The notes: a model not told the origin generated them from the sequence alone. A DNA stretch of 64,000 bases from Planctomycetota bacterium (GCA_038227875.1 JBBRPR010000010.1:32001-96000), one strand, 5' to 3'; counted from the stretch's first letter, positions 35,542 through 45,279 are shown. Translations and numbers: made by a program.

Positions 35542-38500
35542 TCACGGCACAAAGCACACCACAATACCCGCTCTGGTGACGACCAGCAGATGTCCGGCTT
35601 CCAAGGCCAGGTCGGTGACTTCACCGCCAGGAACCGCGGCGCTCCAGAGTTCCGTGCCATCGCTGGCGCGCGTGGCGTACACTTTTCCTTCACCGCCGCT
35701 AAAGAGAATCTCGCCGGCTTTGATCAGCGTTGTCATCGGCTCGTCTTTCCAGGTGCTCCAGTTGAGCGCGTCCTTGGCGTGAGAGGCGAAGTCGTCCTTG
35801 AGCATGAACGTGGCCGTGTTACCGTCGGCGGCGTATTCGAACGCGGAGCGTTTTCCGGAAATTAAAAACGTCGACTTCGCGCCGGTCGTCTGGTTGAGCA
35901 AAAACACGGCGTCGGCGGTGAGCACGGGCAGGCGGTCGCGGTGCTGCTCCTCAATGGCCTTCACGTGATGGACGTACTCGAGATCCGGCGCGACGGTGAT
36001 CACGTTCTCGCCGGCGAGCATGATGTGCTCGCCCTTGATGTGGCAATCGCGTGTGCCGCAGATGAGCTCCGGTTTATGACCCTCGACGGCAACCGGCAGC
36101 GCCCAGGGAATGCCGGCGCCCGTGGCGAGATAAAGGCGGTTGTTGGAAAACGCCATCGCGCCCCGTGCGACGAAGCCCGTCCGGTAATTGTTTTCGTGGC
36201 GGTCGATCTGCTTCTTCCATTTTTGTGCGCCCGTCACGGCATCGAGCGCGTACACGCAGCCGCCTTCGTCGGGAAAATAACCGCTCGGCACATACGCGAC
36301 GCCGTTGTGAACAAGGACGCCGCCCCACGCCGGCCAGCGCGAGACCAGTCGGCCGTAGCCCATCATCCGTTCGTCGGAGAGCGCAGCGCGGAAGCGCCAG
36401 AGCTCCGCGCCATCGGCCGCGCGCAGGGCGTACGCGAAGCCGGCGTCGTCGCTGAAGTAGAGGCGCCCGTTTGCCCAGCTCGGCGCGACCGAAATGCCGC
36501 GGTCGGCTACGGTACGCCAGCGCAGTTTGCCGGTGGTCAGATCGAGCGCAGTCAGGGTGTGATCCGTCGATGCACAGTAGACGAGTCCTTGCGCCGCGGC
36601 GACAGGCGCAACGGTTCCGGCGAGTTGCGCCGACCAGAGTTCGTGCAGCGGTGTCGTCGTGCGCTCGTTGCTCTGACCGCTGCGCGTGACATCGTTGCGC
36701 CACGAAGCCCAGCCGGGCCCGTTGACAATCGGAATCGGTTCGCCAAACGCCGGGCCCTGGGTCAGGCGTTCGGTGGTTGAGGGTGGCGCGGGCGTGCCGG
36801 GCGTGAGCGCGATATTGCCGCGGATTGGCGACTGGCAGGCGCAGCCTTCGCCCTGAACGAAGAGAAGATTGTACGCGGGGATCGCCGGGTACGTGCACGA
36901 GGACCGAAAGCCGGCAAAGGTCGTCACTTTGGGCACCAGCGCTTTATTGTTGATCGATTTGAAATCGATGACCTGATTGGGCCCCGGACCACGCCGCAGA
37001 ACGAGGTTGGGGGTGGCGAGAGTTGGCGTGCAGCGCAGTTTCACGCCGGGCGGTTCGAGCCAAATGAACGCGCCGGTTTTCGCGTTGGCCATGCCCATAC
37101 CCTGGCCGCCGGCGTCCTGAGCTCCGTGTTGGCGCGCGCCGACGACGGTGTCTCCGGCGAACGAAAATCCGGCGATGGTCTGCCCGAAATCGCAGGTGAA
37201 GAGATGCTTGCCGTCGGTGGTCGAGAATGCGTCGAGCACGCGCGTGTTGCGGCCGCGCACGACGAGCTCCAGCGCGGCGAGGAGATTGCCCTTCTGATCC
37301 TTCTCCGGCGGAATGTGGAGCACCCAGAGCTTTTCGTCGTGTACGGCGGTGCCGACGACTTCGCTCCCGGCTTCGAAGCCGGTCCCACTAGTCCACGTTT
37401 CCGTGCCATCCTTCTGCTGGAACGCGTGGAGCTTCAAATCCGAATCGCAGCAGTAGAGCAGGCCCTTGGCGGCCGCGAGCGATGACGTGGCGACGGGCGT
37501 GTTCTTGATCCAGAGCAGCTTGCCATCGGTACGGTTCATCGCGAAGACGGCGGAGCAGACGCCGCGGTAGTGCATGGTGCTCCAGTCCACTTTCACGCCC
37601 GGTGGTTTGCCGACGCCGCCGAAAAGGGTGTCGCCATCGACGGAGAGGTAGAGCCAGACATCGGCCTCGTCGGCCTTGGCTTCCGGCGGAATTGGAAACG
37701 ACGCGCTGGTGGCGCCCGTTTCAAGATCGAAGACGTGGCAGAACTTACTCCCGAGCAGATAAAGCGCGTTGCCGGCGAGCGCGATGTCGGAGCAGGATTC
37801 GCGATTGCTGTAAACTCCTGGCGGACGCTCGATGGGGAGATTTTTCTTGCCGACGCGCGACCACAATTCCACGCCGGTGAAGGCATCGAGCGCTTGGATG
37901 TAGGGTGTCTGATTGGGTTCGTCGGCATAGCTGAGGCTGGCGATCACGACCTTCCCGCCAGCAATCGTGACCGCGGCGGAGCTCAGACCGGGTCTGTAGT
38001 CGCTGACCCACTTGGCTTTGAATTCGTTTCCGGCGATGTCATCGCGGCTGCTGTACGTGTTGGCGGCGTCGTGCATGCGGTGCGTCCAATCGTCCCAACC
38101 GGGCGCGAAGGGTTTGGTGATGCGCGCCCAGACGCCGTGTTCTTCGAGAATTTCAAACGACGTAATGTGCGCGTCGGCGAGCCACGTTTCGAGTTGCGCG
38201 CGCGTCAGCGGCTCCTTGGTGTGATTGGCCACGGCGGTGCTTTGACCGAGCAGTGCGACGCCGTTGGGACTCAAGACGCGGACGATCTCCGCAAGATCAC
38301 GGTCGCCATAGCCGGTGACGAACTGATCGCTGGCGAAAATCAGCGACATGCAGGAATCGGGATAATTGAGTTTGCCGGTGCTCTCGCGATTGGCGCTGAG
38401 ATGCGTTCCGTAAAGTCCGGACGCGAGAAACGACTCGCGAGCGGCGGTCACGGAATTTTGCTCAGAGCTAATGCATTCGAGATTGAGCGGCGCGAGTTTG

Positions 38501-38691
38501 GCGAGCGCGATGTCGAGGGAGGCATTGCCGCAGCCCAGATCGAGCGCTGGGCCTGAGCGCGTTTTTAAATGAGCGGCGAGGAATTGGCTGACTTCGGAAA
38601 TGTTTTCTTCTGCGCGAAGTGGGAGCGTAATGGCAGCAAGCAGGGCGACCGCAATGGCGACGCGAAATTGGCGAATCCTGCAAAGGTGCAT
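35542..38691 (-). CDS. secreted PQQ-like beta-propeller repeat protein with an N-terminal class I methyltransferase-like domain
   Basis: Signal peptide (..LRA/EE), LDLGCG, VL.P.G, W.H..HDA.N, multiple ALDA.TG..LW propeller motifs. ATG at 38691. Confidence 0.85.
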   Translation of the reverse strand: MHLCRIRQFRVAIAVALLAAITLPLRAEENISEVSQFLAAHLKTRSGPALDLGCGNASLDIALAKLAPLNLECISSEQNSVTAARESFLASGLYGTHLSANRESTGKLNYPDSCMSLIFASDQFVTGYGDRDLAEIVRVLSPNGVALLGQSTAVANHTKEPLTRAQLETWLADAHITSFEILEEHGVWARITKPFAPGWDDWTHRMHDAANTYSSRDDIAGNEFKAKWVSDYRPGLSSAAVTIAGGKVVIASLSYADEPNQTPYIQALDAFTGVELWSRVGKKNLPIERPPGVYSNRESCSDIALAGNALYLLGSKFCHVFDLETGATSASFPIPPEAKADEADVWLYLSVDGDTLFGGVGKPPGVKVDWSTMHYRGVCSAVFAMNRTDGKLLWIKNTPVATSSLAAAKGLLYCCDSDLKLHAFQQKDGTETWTSGTGFEAGSEVVGTAVHDEKLWVLHIPPEKDQKGNLLAALELVVRGRNTRVLDAFSTTDGKHLFTCDFGQTIAGFSFAGDTVVGARQHGAQDAGGQGMGMANAKTGAFIWLEPPGVKLRCTPTLATPNLVLRRGPGPNQVIDFKSINNKALVPKVTTFAGFRSSCTYPAIPAYNLLFVQGEGCACQSPIRGNIALTPGTPAPPSTTERLTQGPAFGEPIPIVNGPGWASWRNDVTRSGQSNERTTTPLHELWSAQLAGTVAPVAAAQGLVYCASTDHTLTALDLTTGKLRWRTVADRGISVAPSWANGRLYFSDDAGFAYALRAADGAELWRFRAALSDERMMGYGRLVSRWPAWGGVLVHNGVAYVPSGYFPDEGGCVYALDAVTGAQKWKKQIDRHENNYRTGFVARGAMAFSNNRLYLATGAGIPWALPVAVEGHKPELICGTRDCHIKGEHIMLAGENVITVAPDLEYVHHVKAIEEQHRDRLPVLTADAVFLLNQTTGAKSTFLISGKRSAFEYAADGNTATFMLKDDFASHAKDALNWSTWKDEPMTTLIKAGEILFSGGEGKVYATRASDGTELWSAAVPGGEVTDLALEAGHLLVVTRAGIVVCFVP

Positions 38692-38779
38692 GATCGAGTC
38701 GGTCACCGGGGCAAAAATAGCGGTTGAGAAGAAGGAATACAAGGCGCGCGCGTCAGCGCTGGCCAATTGACGTCGCATA

Positions 38780-38803
38780 CCTTTGTGCCCAAAGGCACAA
38801 AGG
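38780..38803. repeat. REP-like palindrome family B, copy 2
   Basis: CCTTTGTGCCCAAAGGCACAAAGG, reverse complement of 17723-17746. Confidence 0.75.
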
Positions 38804-38979
38804 TATGGTTATTAATCAACATAGCAGCAATTGCTGCACTGCTGGAGCCTGCTACTGAATTTACCAAAACCGCCATGCCAGTACCGTCTTGTCTTTGTCT
38901 TTTCCGTGCAATTGCAGTATTAATGGGTGAAAGCTTCCACGCACAACGCGTTGGAGGAGGGGAAGTTCAGACGAAAGCG

Positions 38980-39726
38980 GTGTTGGAACGCGTGAATAAA
39001 GTGATAACGATTGCTCACAGAGGTGCGTCGCAGCAGGCGCCCGAGAATACCATCCCGGCGGTCAAAAAGGCCGTTGAATCCGGGGTCGAAATGATTGCCC
39101 TGGAGGTCCAAAAGACACGGGACAATCAACCCATCGTGCTCGGTGATGTCAGTTTGGACCGGACCACGAATGGCTCCGGCCGCGTTGCGCGCATGACGCT
39201 GGCCGAGATCCAGGCGCTGGACGCTGGAGCCTGGTTCAACACGGATTTCGCGGGTACGAAAGTACCGACGCTGGCCGAGGTTGTGAAAACGGTCGGGACG
39301 AAATCGCGGCTGATGCTGTCGCTGCCGGAAACGCGCGGCGATTCGCCCTGGGCGCAGCAGTTGCTTCAGGTGCTGAAGGACCGCGCCAAGCCCGCCGACG
39401 ATGTCCTGATCTTCAGCGACTCCGATAGCCTGAAATACTTCCGCGACCTGGCCAAGGATTTTACGTATTGCATGGCGCTGGGCGAAAAGGTGGACGGCTG
39501 GATCTATCTCGAGAAGGCGGACAAGCTCGGCCTGAAAGCTGTGCGTCCGTTCCGCTCGCAGATCGATTCTGTGCTGGTGGGTCAGGCGCACGCCAAAGGC
39601 GTGGCCGTGTACGCGTACTTTGCGAACGAAGAAGCGGACATCAAGACGCTCTTCGAGACGAAGGTGGACGGCATCATTACAGGCCGGCCGGAACGGGTTC
39701 AAGCCCTGTTGAAGAACAAAGAATAG
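38980..39726 (+). CDS. glycerophosphodiester phosphodiesterase (GDPD) family protein with a degenerate active site
   Basis: IAHRGAS..APENT..A, LDRTTNG.G.V, LDAG.WF...F.G..VPTL.E, VDGIIT..P. Start uncertain (38923, 38980 or 38992). Confidence 0.85.
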   Translation: MLERVNKVITIAHRGASQQAPENTIPAVKKAVESGVEMIALEVQKTRDNQPIVLGDVSLDRTTNGSGRVARMTLAEIQALDAGAWFNTDFAGTKVPTLAEVVKTVGTKSRLMLSLPETRGDSPWAQQLLQVLKDRAKPADDVLIFSDSDSLKYFRDLAKDFTYCMALGEKVDGWIYLEKADKLGLKAVRPFRSQIDSVLVGQAHAKGVAVYAYFANEEADIKTLFETKVDGIITGRPERVQALLKNKE

Positions 39727-39750
39727 AGAGTTGTCCTAGTTGGGATTGCC

Positions 39751-40407
39751 ATGGGCATGAAATGCGAAGTCGAGACGTGCGAGAACGAAGCCACAGTGCA
39801 CCTGACCGAGATTCGGGAAGGCAAGAAACACGAAATGCATCTGTGCGAGCGCTGCGCCTCTGAAAAGGGGCTGCCGGGCAAGTCGCATTTTTCGATCTCC
39901 GATCTGCTTCACGGCATCGCCAGCCAGGCGCAGGCGCAGTCCCAGAAATCCAAACGCACGCGCGAGACGGCCTGCCCCAACTGCGGCGCGACGCTCTCGC
40001 AGTTTCAGTCCTCGGGGCGCTTCGGTTGTCCCGAGTGCTACGTGACCTTCAAAGACGACGTGCAAGGCCTGGTCGAGAAGATTCACGATAGTTCCCAGCA
40101 CGTGGGCAAGGTGCCGCGCCGGGTCTCGTCGGAAATTTCGCTGCAGAAGGATATCCGCCAACTGCAACTGGACCTGAAGAAGGCCGTGAAGCGCGAGGAT
40201 TACGAGAAGGCGGCGGCGATCCGCGACCAGATTCATCAGTTGGAAGAACAGATCAAGTTGAGGGAAAGCGCCGCGGCAACGCCGCCCGCTGCTCCCGCCT
40301 TGCCCAAGCCGGAACGGGCCGAGAAGACGGAAAAACCCGAAGAGGGCAATCCGGGCCCGAAGCCTGGCGGCAAGAAAAAAGGTCATTCCGAGAGCGAAGG
40401 CAAGTAA
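39751..40407 (+). CDS. mcsA: protein-arginine kinase activator McsA (UVR domain)
   Basis: C..C..EATVHLTEI, LCERCA, CPNCG, GRFGCPECY, H.GK.P, EDYE.AA.IRDQI. Confidence 0.92.
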   Translation: MGMKCEVETCENEATVHLTEIREGKKHEMHLCERCASEKGLPGKSHFSISDLLHGIASQAQAQSQKSKRTRETACPNCGATLSQFQSSGRFGCPECYVTFKDDVQGLVEKIHDSSQHVGKVPRRVSSEISLQKDIRQLQLDLKKAVKREDYEKAAAIRDQIHQLEEQIKLRESAAATPPAAPALPKPERAEKTEKPEEGNPGPKPGGKKKGHSESEGK

Positions 40408-40440
40408 CGCACACCCACGAGCGAGCCGCGGATTCCAATA

Positions 40441-41502
40441 ATGGCGTTGAATGACATGATTAAATCGTCCGGCGAATGGATGCGCGGGACGGGGCCCGAG
40501 GCGGAGATTGTCATCTCCAGCCGGGTGCGATTGGCGCGCAATATCCGCGGCTACCGTTTCATCACGAAAATGGATGCCGCAGAACGGGGCGCGTGCGAAG
40601 CGCTGATTCACCAGCAGATTCAGAACGCGAAGATCATTCAAAACGGGATGTATCTACAGCTGCACAAGGTCGAAGGACTGGACCGCAAGTTCCTGGTCGA
40701 ACGGCACCTGATTTCGAAAGAGCACGAGGACGCGCAGTACCAGCGCGGCGTGGCGATCGGCGACAACGAAGCCATCGCGATCATGGTCAACGAAGAAGAC
40801 CACATCCGCCTGCAGGTGCTGCAATCGGGGTTTCAGTTGCAGGAAGCGTGGAAGATCTGCAGCAAGGTCGACGACGACCTCGAGCAGCATCTTGACTATT
40901 CGTTCTCGCCGCAGCTGGGTTATTTGACGGCCTGTCCGACGAACGTCGGCACGGGCATGCGCGTTTCGGTGATGCTCCACCTGCCGGCCCTGGTGCTGAC
41001 GCGGCACATCGAAAAAGTATTTCAGGCCGTCGCCAAGATGAACCTGGCTGTGCGCGGGTTGTACGGCGAAGGCACGGAAGCCAGCGGGCACTTCTACCAG
41101 ATCTCCAATCAAGTCACGCTCGGGCGTACGGAAGAAGAAATCGTCAGCAACGTCGAGCATGTGATTCCCAACATCGTCCGCTACGAACACAACGCCCGGC
41201 AGACGCTGCTGGCCAAGGATCGCAAGCGCCTGGAAGACCGCGTCTGGCGTGCCTACGGACTGTTGAAGTACGCACAGATGCTGCCCAGCGACGAGGCGAT
41301 GATGCTGCTATCGATGGTGCGCATGGGCGTCCACATGGGACTGCTGAAGGATCTGACGCTGCGCACGGTCAATGAACTCTTTATTTTCACGCAGCCGGCG
41401 CATTTGCAGAAGTTGACCGGCAAGGAACTGGAAGCCAGCGATCGGGACGTGCGGCGCGCGGAGTTCGTGCGGGCGAAATTGAACGCAATCAAGGGCGTGT
41501 AA
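40441..41502 (+). CDS. mcsB: protein arginine kinase McsB
   Basis: SSRVRLARN, L.ERHLIS, MVNEEDHIR.Q, GYLTACPTNVGTG.R.SVMLHLP, RGLYGEG.E, QISNQ.TLG. Confidence 0.96.
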   Translation: MALNDMIKSSGEWMRGTGPEAEIVISSRVRLARNIRGYRFITKMDAAERGACEALIHQQIQNAKIIQNGMYLQLHKVEGLDRKFLVERHLISKEHEDAQYQRGVAIGDNEAIAIMVNEEDHIRLQVLQSGFQLQEAWKICSKVDDDLEQHLDYSFSPQLGYLTACPTNVGTGMRVSVMLHLPALVLTRHIEKVFQAVAKMNLAVRGLYGEGTEASGHFYQISNQVTLGRTEEEIVSNVEHVIPNIVRYEHNARQTLLAKDRKRLEDRVWRAYGLLKYAQMLPSDEAMMLLSMVRMGVHMGLLKDLTLRTVNELFIFTQPAHLQKLTGKELEASDRDVRRAEFVRAKLNAIKGV

Positions 41503-41540
41503 GTGTCGAGCAGTTGAGTCGGGTTTCTCGCGTGGGTTCA

Positions 41541-42557
41541 ATGATGCGAATGCATTCGAAACCAGGCCTGAACTTCGCCACGCTTGCCTCTTTGGTGCGC
41601 CGCCACGTCGCGGTGCTGCTGGCGGTATTGTCGCTGGGCGTTTTTGGCTGCCGCACGGCGGATGTACAGCCCGGCAAGCCCCAGTTCGACACCGATATCA
41701 AGATTCTGGAACCCGCCTACGCCATGCGGCGGCCGAAAGATACGCCGTGGTATGCCAATATGCAGGTGCTGCTCGACGAGAAACCGGTCGACGAGAAGGA
41801 TCTGGAGACGAAGATCAACGAGGGCAAGCCCACCGTTCGCAAGAACACGGAGGAACTGCTTCAAGAGATCGAGAACAAGATCGACGAACAGCGCAAGGGC
41901 AACGAGCGCTGGAGCATCATTTCCGTGCAGTGCGGCCGGGGGAAGAAGCCGAACGAAATCCACTTTGATGCGGAAGTTGGGCTTACGAAACTTTATACCC
42001 GCCGCCCGGCGATCGCGATCAGCGGGGTGCCGATGGATATCTGCATCGCCAAGCTCTGCCGCGAGTCGGAAGTCCAGGACGCCCAGCCCAAGGGTCACAA
42101 TCCGCTGGTCAATTACGATAAGCAGAACGTCTCGGCCTATGACGCGATCGAGGCGATTCTGAAATCGAACGGATTCGATTCGAAGTACTCCGACACCAGC
42201 TACAAACTGACATACAAGGCGCAGGACTACGCCAGTCGCAAGGAATTTGTGGATGCCGTAACGACTGCGGTACTCGCCAAGGGGCAGACTTTAAACGGGG
42301 TCAAGTCGGCGTTGATCGTCTCGCCGCATGTGAAGGATCCGACGAAAACGGGCACCGACACCAAGACTTCGACCGAAACAAAGACAGCGGACACTGTGCC
42401 GGTCAAGGATTCCAAGGATCAGCCGAAGGACGCGCCCAAGGAGTCGAAGGACAACAAGGATTCAAAGAAGGCCAAGGTTGTGGACAACAGCGAGATCGGC
42501 ACCGTCGATCTGCCAGTTCCGCCGCCGCCCAAGGAAAAGCCGCAGGACAAGCGCTGA
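41541..42557 (+). CDS. putative lipoprotein of unknown function
   Basis: Hydrophobic stretch ending in LGVFGC (lipobox); Lys/Asp/Pro-rich tail. Start uncertain. Confidence 0.75.
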   Translation: MMRMHSKPGLNFATLASLVRRHVAVLLAVLSLGVFGCRTADVQPGKPQFDTDIKILEPAYAMRRPKDTPWYANMQVLLDEKPVDEKDLETKINEGKPTVRKNTEELLQEIENKIDEQRKGNERWSIISVQCGRGKKPNEIHFDAEVGLTKLYTRRPAIAISGVPMDICIAKLCRESEVQDAQPKGHNPLVNYDKQNVSAYDAIEAILKSNGFDSKYSDTSYKLTYKAQDYASRKEFVDAVTTAVLAKGQTLNGVKSALIVSPHVKDPTKTGTDTKTSTETKTADTVPVKDSKDQPKDAPKESKDNKDSKKAKVVDNSEIGTVDLPVPPPPKEKPQDKR

Positions 42558-42611
42558 CGCGGCTGGGCAGCCCGTTGATAACTCTTGACCTGACCTTTTT
42601 CGATAGGCTGC

Positions 42612-43391
42612 TTAGAGTCCGTCGTTTCGAATATCGCTGAGCGCCGGAAATTCCGCGCGCCAGGCTTTTAGCTTTTCCAGATCAAGATCGGCCGCGATGG
42701 CGCACGGGCTGTCGCCGGCTTGAGCCAGGATTTCTCCACGCATATCGATGATCGTGCTGCCGCCAGCGTAAGCATGGCGCGGATCCTGACCGCAGCGGTT
42801 GACGGCCGCAATGTAGCACTGGTTTTCAATGGCGCGAGCGCGGAGCAGCGTGGTCCAGTGCTCGTGCCGGGCTTTGGGCCAGTTGGCGAGCACGCAGATC
42901 AGCGTTGCGCCCTGCTTGACGGCGGCACGAAACGTCTCGGGGAAGCGCAGGTCGTAGCAGATCAGCGGTGCGACGTGAAAGCCGGCGACTTCGAATTGCG
43001 TCAGCGCGTCGCCGGGCAAGTAGACCTTGTCTTCGCCGGCGAACGAAAACGGATGAAGTTTGCAATACAGTGCCCGGAGCGTGCCGTCCGGACTGAACGC
43101 GACGGCTTCATTCAGGCCGCGGCCGTCGGGATCTGGCGCACGGCCAACAATGCCGGCGAGGACGGTGTTCTGGAAGTCATGCGCGAGGCTCTGGAGAAAG
43201 ACTTCCGACTCCCGCGCGGGCCCGTCCGCGGCTGCGGCCACGTTCATGGTAAATCCGGAAGCGAACATTTCCGGCAGCAGCAGCAGGGAATCCGGAGACG
43301 GCGTGACGCGTTTGAGCAGTTCCCGCACACGCTTGAAATTGGCCGGTTTGTCTTCCCAGGCCGTATCTGGCTGACAGCAGATTACACGCAT
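42612..43391 (-). CDS. carbon-nitrogen hydrolase (nitrilase/omega-amidase family)
   Basis: LPEMF, Y.KLH.F, ICYDLRFPE (E-K-C triad), RARAIENQ. Confidence 0.93.
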   Translation of the reverse strand: MRVICCQPDTAWEDKPANFKRVRELLKRVTPSPDSLLLLPEMFASGFTMNVAAAADGPARESEVFLQSLAHDFQNTVLAGIVGRAPDPDGRGLNEAVAFSPDGTLRALYCKLHPFSFAGEDKVYLPGDALTQFEVAGFHVAPLICYDLRFPETFRAAVKQGATLICVLANWPKARHEHWTTLLRARAIENQCYIAAVNRCGQDPRHAYAGGSTIIDMRGEILAQAGDSPCAIAADLDLEKLKAWRAEFPALSDIRNDGL

Positions 43392-43480
43392 GGTGAGTTC
43401 CCATTTGGTGCCACTGGTACGGACAATTCTGAGACCCTGTTGCAAATTTGCCATCGGGTGCGAATGAAGTGGGATGAAAT

Positions 43481-43512
43481 AAAAACAGGCCCCATAAAGG
43501 GGCCTGTTTTTT
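43481..43512 (-). terminator. intrinsic terminator after the porin
   Basis: AAAAACAGGCCCC-ATAAA-GGGGCCTGTTTTTT. Confidence 0.8.
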
Positions 43513-43529
43513 CGGAACGGTATTGGTTC

Positions 43530-45020
43530 TCAGAACTTGTACAGCCAGCTGACCGAGAACGTGTCCTGGTAGTCCTGGCCCCAAGGATGGGCGCGGACCA
43601 ACGCGTCGACATTGTTGATGTCGTTGTTGCGGGAGCTGAACGCGTTGACGTTCGACTTGTCGTGGCGGTATTCGAAGCGCATGTGGAGCGGGTCAGACAG
43701 GGCGTAGTCCGTGGTGATCGTACCGGACTGGAGGTCCTGGCGGAAGCCCGTGCGCGCACCTTCCGGATCCGAGAAGTATTCGTAGCGACCGGCCACGTAC
43801 CACTTTTCGGTGAACTGATACTTGACGTACGCAGCAGCGCCGTACCAACGGCGGAAGTTGCGGGTCGTCAGGACGCCCGGGATTTCGTCGGGAGCGCCTT
43901 CGGTGCCGTAGTCGGCGTTCAGGACGAACGTGAACTTCTCGAACGGAGTGAACGTCATGACGGTGTCGAGCACAGCGCGCGGGCGGCCGTGCGACGGATC
44001 GAACTTCTTGCCCGTGAGCTGAGACTTCGCACCCGGCGTGGTCGGATCGTCCGGCGCGAGGCCCGGAGCATTCGGGTTGGCGAAGGTCGTGGCGCCGGCG
44101 GTGGCGTCATTGAAGCGCTGGCGTTCGTCGATGTACTGAGATTCACCGACACTTCCCTGTACAGTCCAGTTGAACCACTTCACCGGGGTCCAGTTCGACA
44201 TGAACAGACCGGTCGGGGAGTCCACTGGGTTCTGGATGGTATCGTTCGCGTTGGCAATGCCCAAACCGACAGTCCAGACGTCCTTGAAGGGGCTGTAGGT
44301 CGCGCGGACGCCGGTGTGCGTGAACGGAAAGGCGTCGCCGAAGAGGAAGGAGCGCGATTCGTTCATGTTGTCGGCGGCTTCGATCGTTTCCGCGCCCATC
44401 CATGTGACGAACTTACCGAAGTCGATCGTGATTTCGTTGCCGTGGCAGCCGCAGCCGACGCCCAGCTTGTATTCCAGATACGCCTGCTTCAGGTCAACCA
44501 CTTCGAACTGGTTGTTGCGCGCGCCCGGCGTGCTGATGTTATCCTGCGACGCGAAGATGCGCGGGTCGGTGCCCAACGCCATGTCGATCTTGAAACCGGC
44601 CTGACCAGCTTCGGTCGGGAGGCGGTCGAACGTCAGCTCGGCGAGGTGGACATTGAAGCCGTTGCTGTCGTTATCGAAAATGCGCTGATTGCTGTTGATG
44701 TTGTTCGGCCGGTTGAAATTGTACTGGTAGCTGGTGTCGAGGTAACCACCGATCTTCAACGGGCGGGTATTGCAACCCGGTTCCGGCGCAGTCACCACCA
44801 TACCCATCTTCTGGTTGGCTTCGGAGACCGCGTGGTCTACAGCGGAATGGCCACCCGAAGCAGCCTTCAGCTTGGATTCCAAATCCGCGTTCTTCTCTTC
44901 CAACGCCTTGAGGCGCGCGAGCACTTGCGTCATATCGCCGCCTTCGGCGCCGATTGTTACGCTCCCCATGCTGACGCACACAGCCAAAAGGGCGATCAGC
45001 CACAGCCCACGTCGAATCAT
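43530..45020 (-). CDS. outer-membrane beta-barrel porin (putative beta-barrel porin-2/DUF1597-like)
   Basis: Signal peptide, coiled coil, GY.D..Y.YNFN.P, QAY, GKF.T..G.E.I....N.N.SRS.LF....PFTHTG.R, R.EY..D..G.RTG, EYR.D.S, terminal YKF. Confidence 0.88.
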   Translation of the reverse strand: MIRRGLWLIALLAVCVSMGSVTIGAEGGDMTQVLARLKALEEKNADLESKLKAASGGHSAVDHAVSEANQKMGMVVTAPEPGCNTRPLKIGGYLDTSYQYNFNRPNNINSNQRIFDNDSNGFNVHLAELTFDRLPTEAGQAGFKIDMALGTDPRIFASQDNISTPGARNNQFEVVDLKQAYLEYKLGVGCGCHGNEITIDFGKFVTWMGAETIEAADNMNESRSFLFGDAFPFTHTGVRATYSPFKDVWTVGLGIANANDTIQNPVDSPTGLFMSNWTPVKWFNWTVQGSVGESQYIDERQRFNDATAGATTFANPNAPGLAPDDPTTPGAKSQLTGKKFDPSHGRPRAVLDTVMTFTPFEKFTFVLNADYGTEGAPDEIPGVLTTRNFRRWYGAAAYVKYQFTEKWYVAGRYEYFSDPEGARTGFRQDLQSGTITTDYALSDPLHMRFEYRHDKSNVNAFSSRNNDINNVDALVRAHPWGQDYQDTFSVSWLYKF

Positions 45021-45105
45021 TCCTATTCCTCCCTGGGTAAAAACCAAGACCGCTTTTCGCAGTCATCCACAATTGGATGCGTGTAAATGAGATTCTATTT
45101 ACACG

Positions 45106-45121
45106 GCATACGTCATGCCAA
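45106..45121 (-). promoter_or_regulatory. putative sigma54 (-24/-12) promoter of the porin
   Basis: Minus strand TTGGCATGACGTATGC: GG-N10-GC spacing exact, about 85 bp upstream of the start. Confidence 0.65.
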
Positions 45122-45279
45122 GTTTGTCTTGAGTGGTGCGGAGCTTACTGCCGATACTCTCACGCACAAGAGGAATTTACAATTTCATACGTTGTGCGTG
45201 AAAATTTAACCCATTGTATCACAAGGACTTAAATTTGGTCACCCTGATCATTTTTAAACATTTCGTAAGTCCATTCTGT

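Noticed and set aside
42720..45086. 788-aa plus-strand ORF
   Set aside because: Antisense shadow of the porin and C-N hydrolase genes; explained by codon bias, with no protein motifs.
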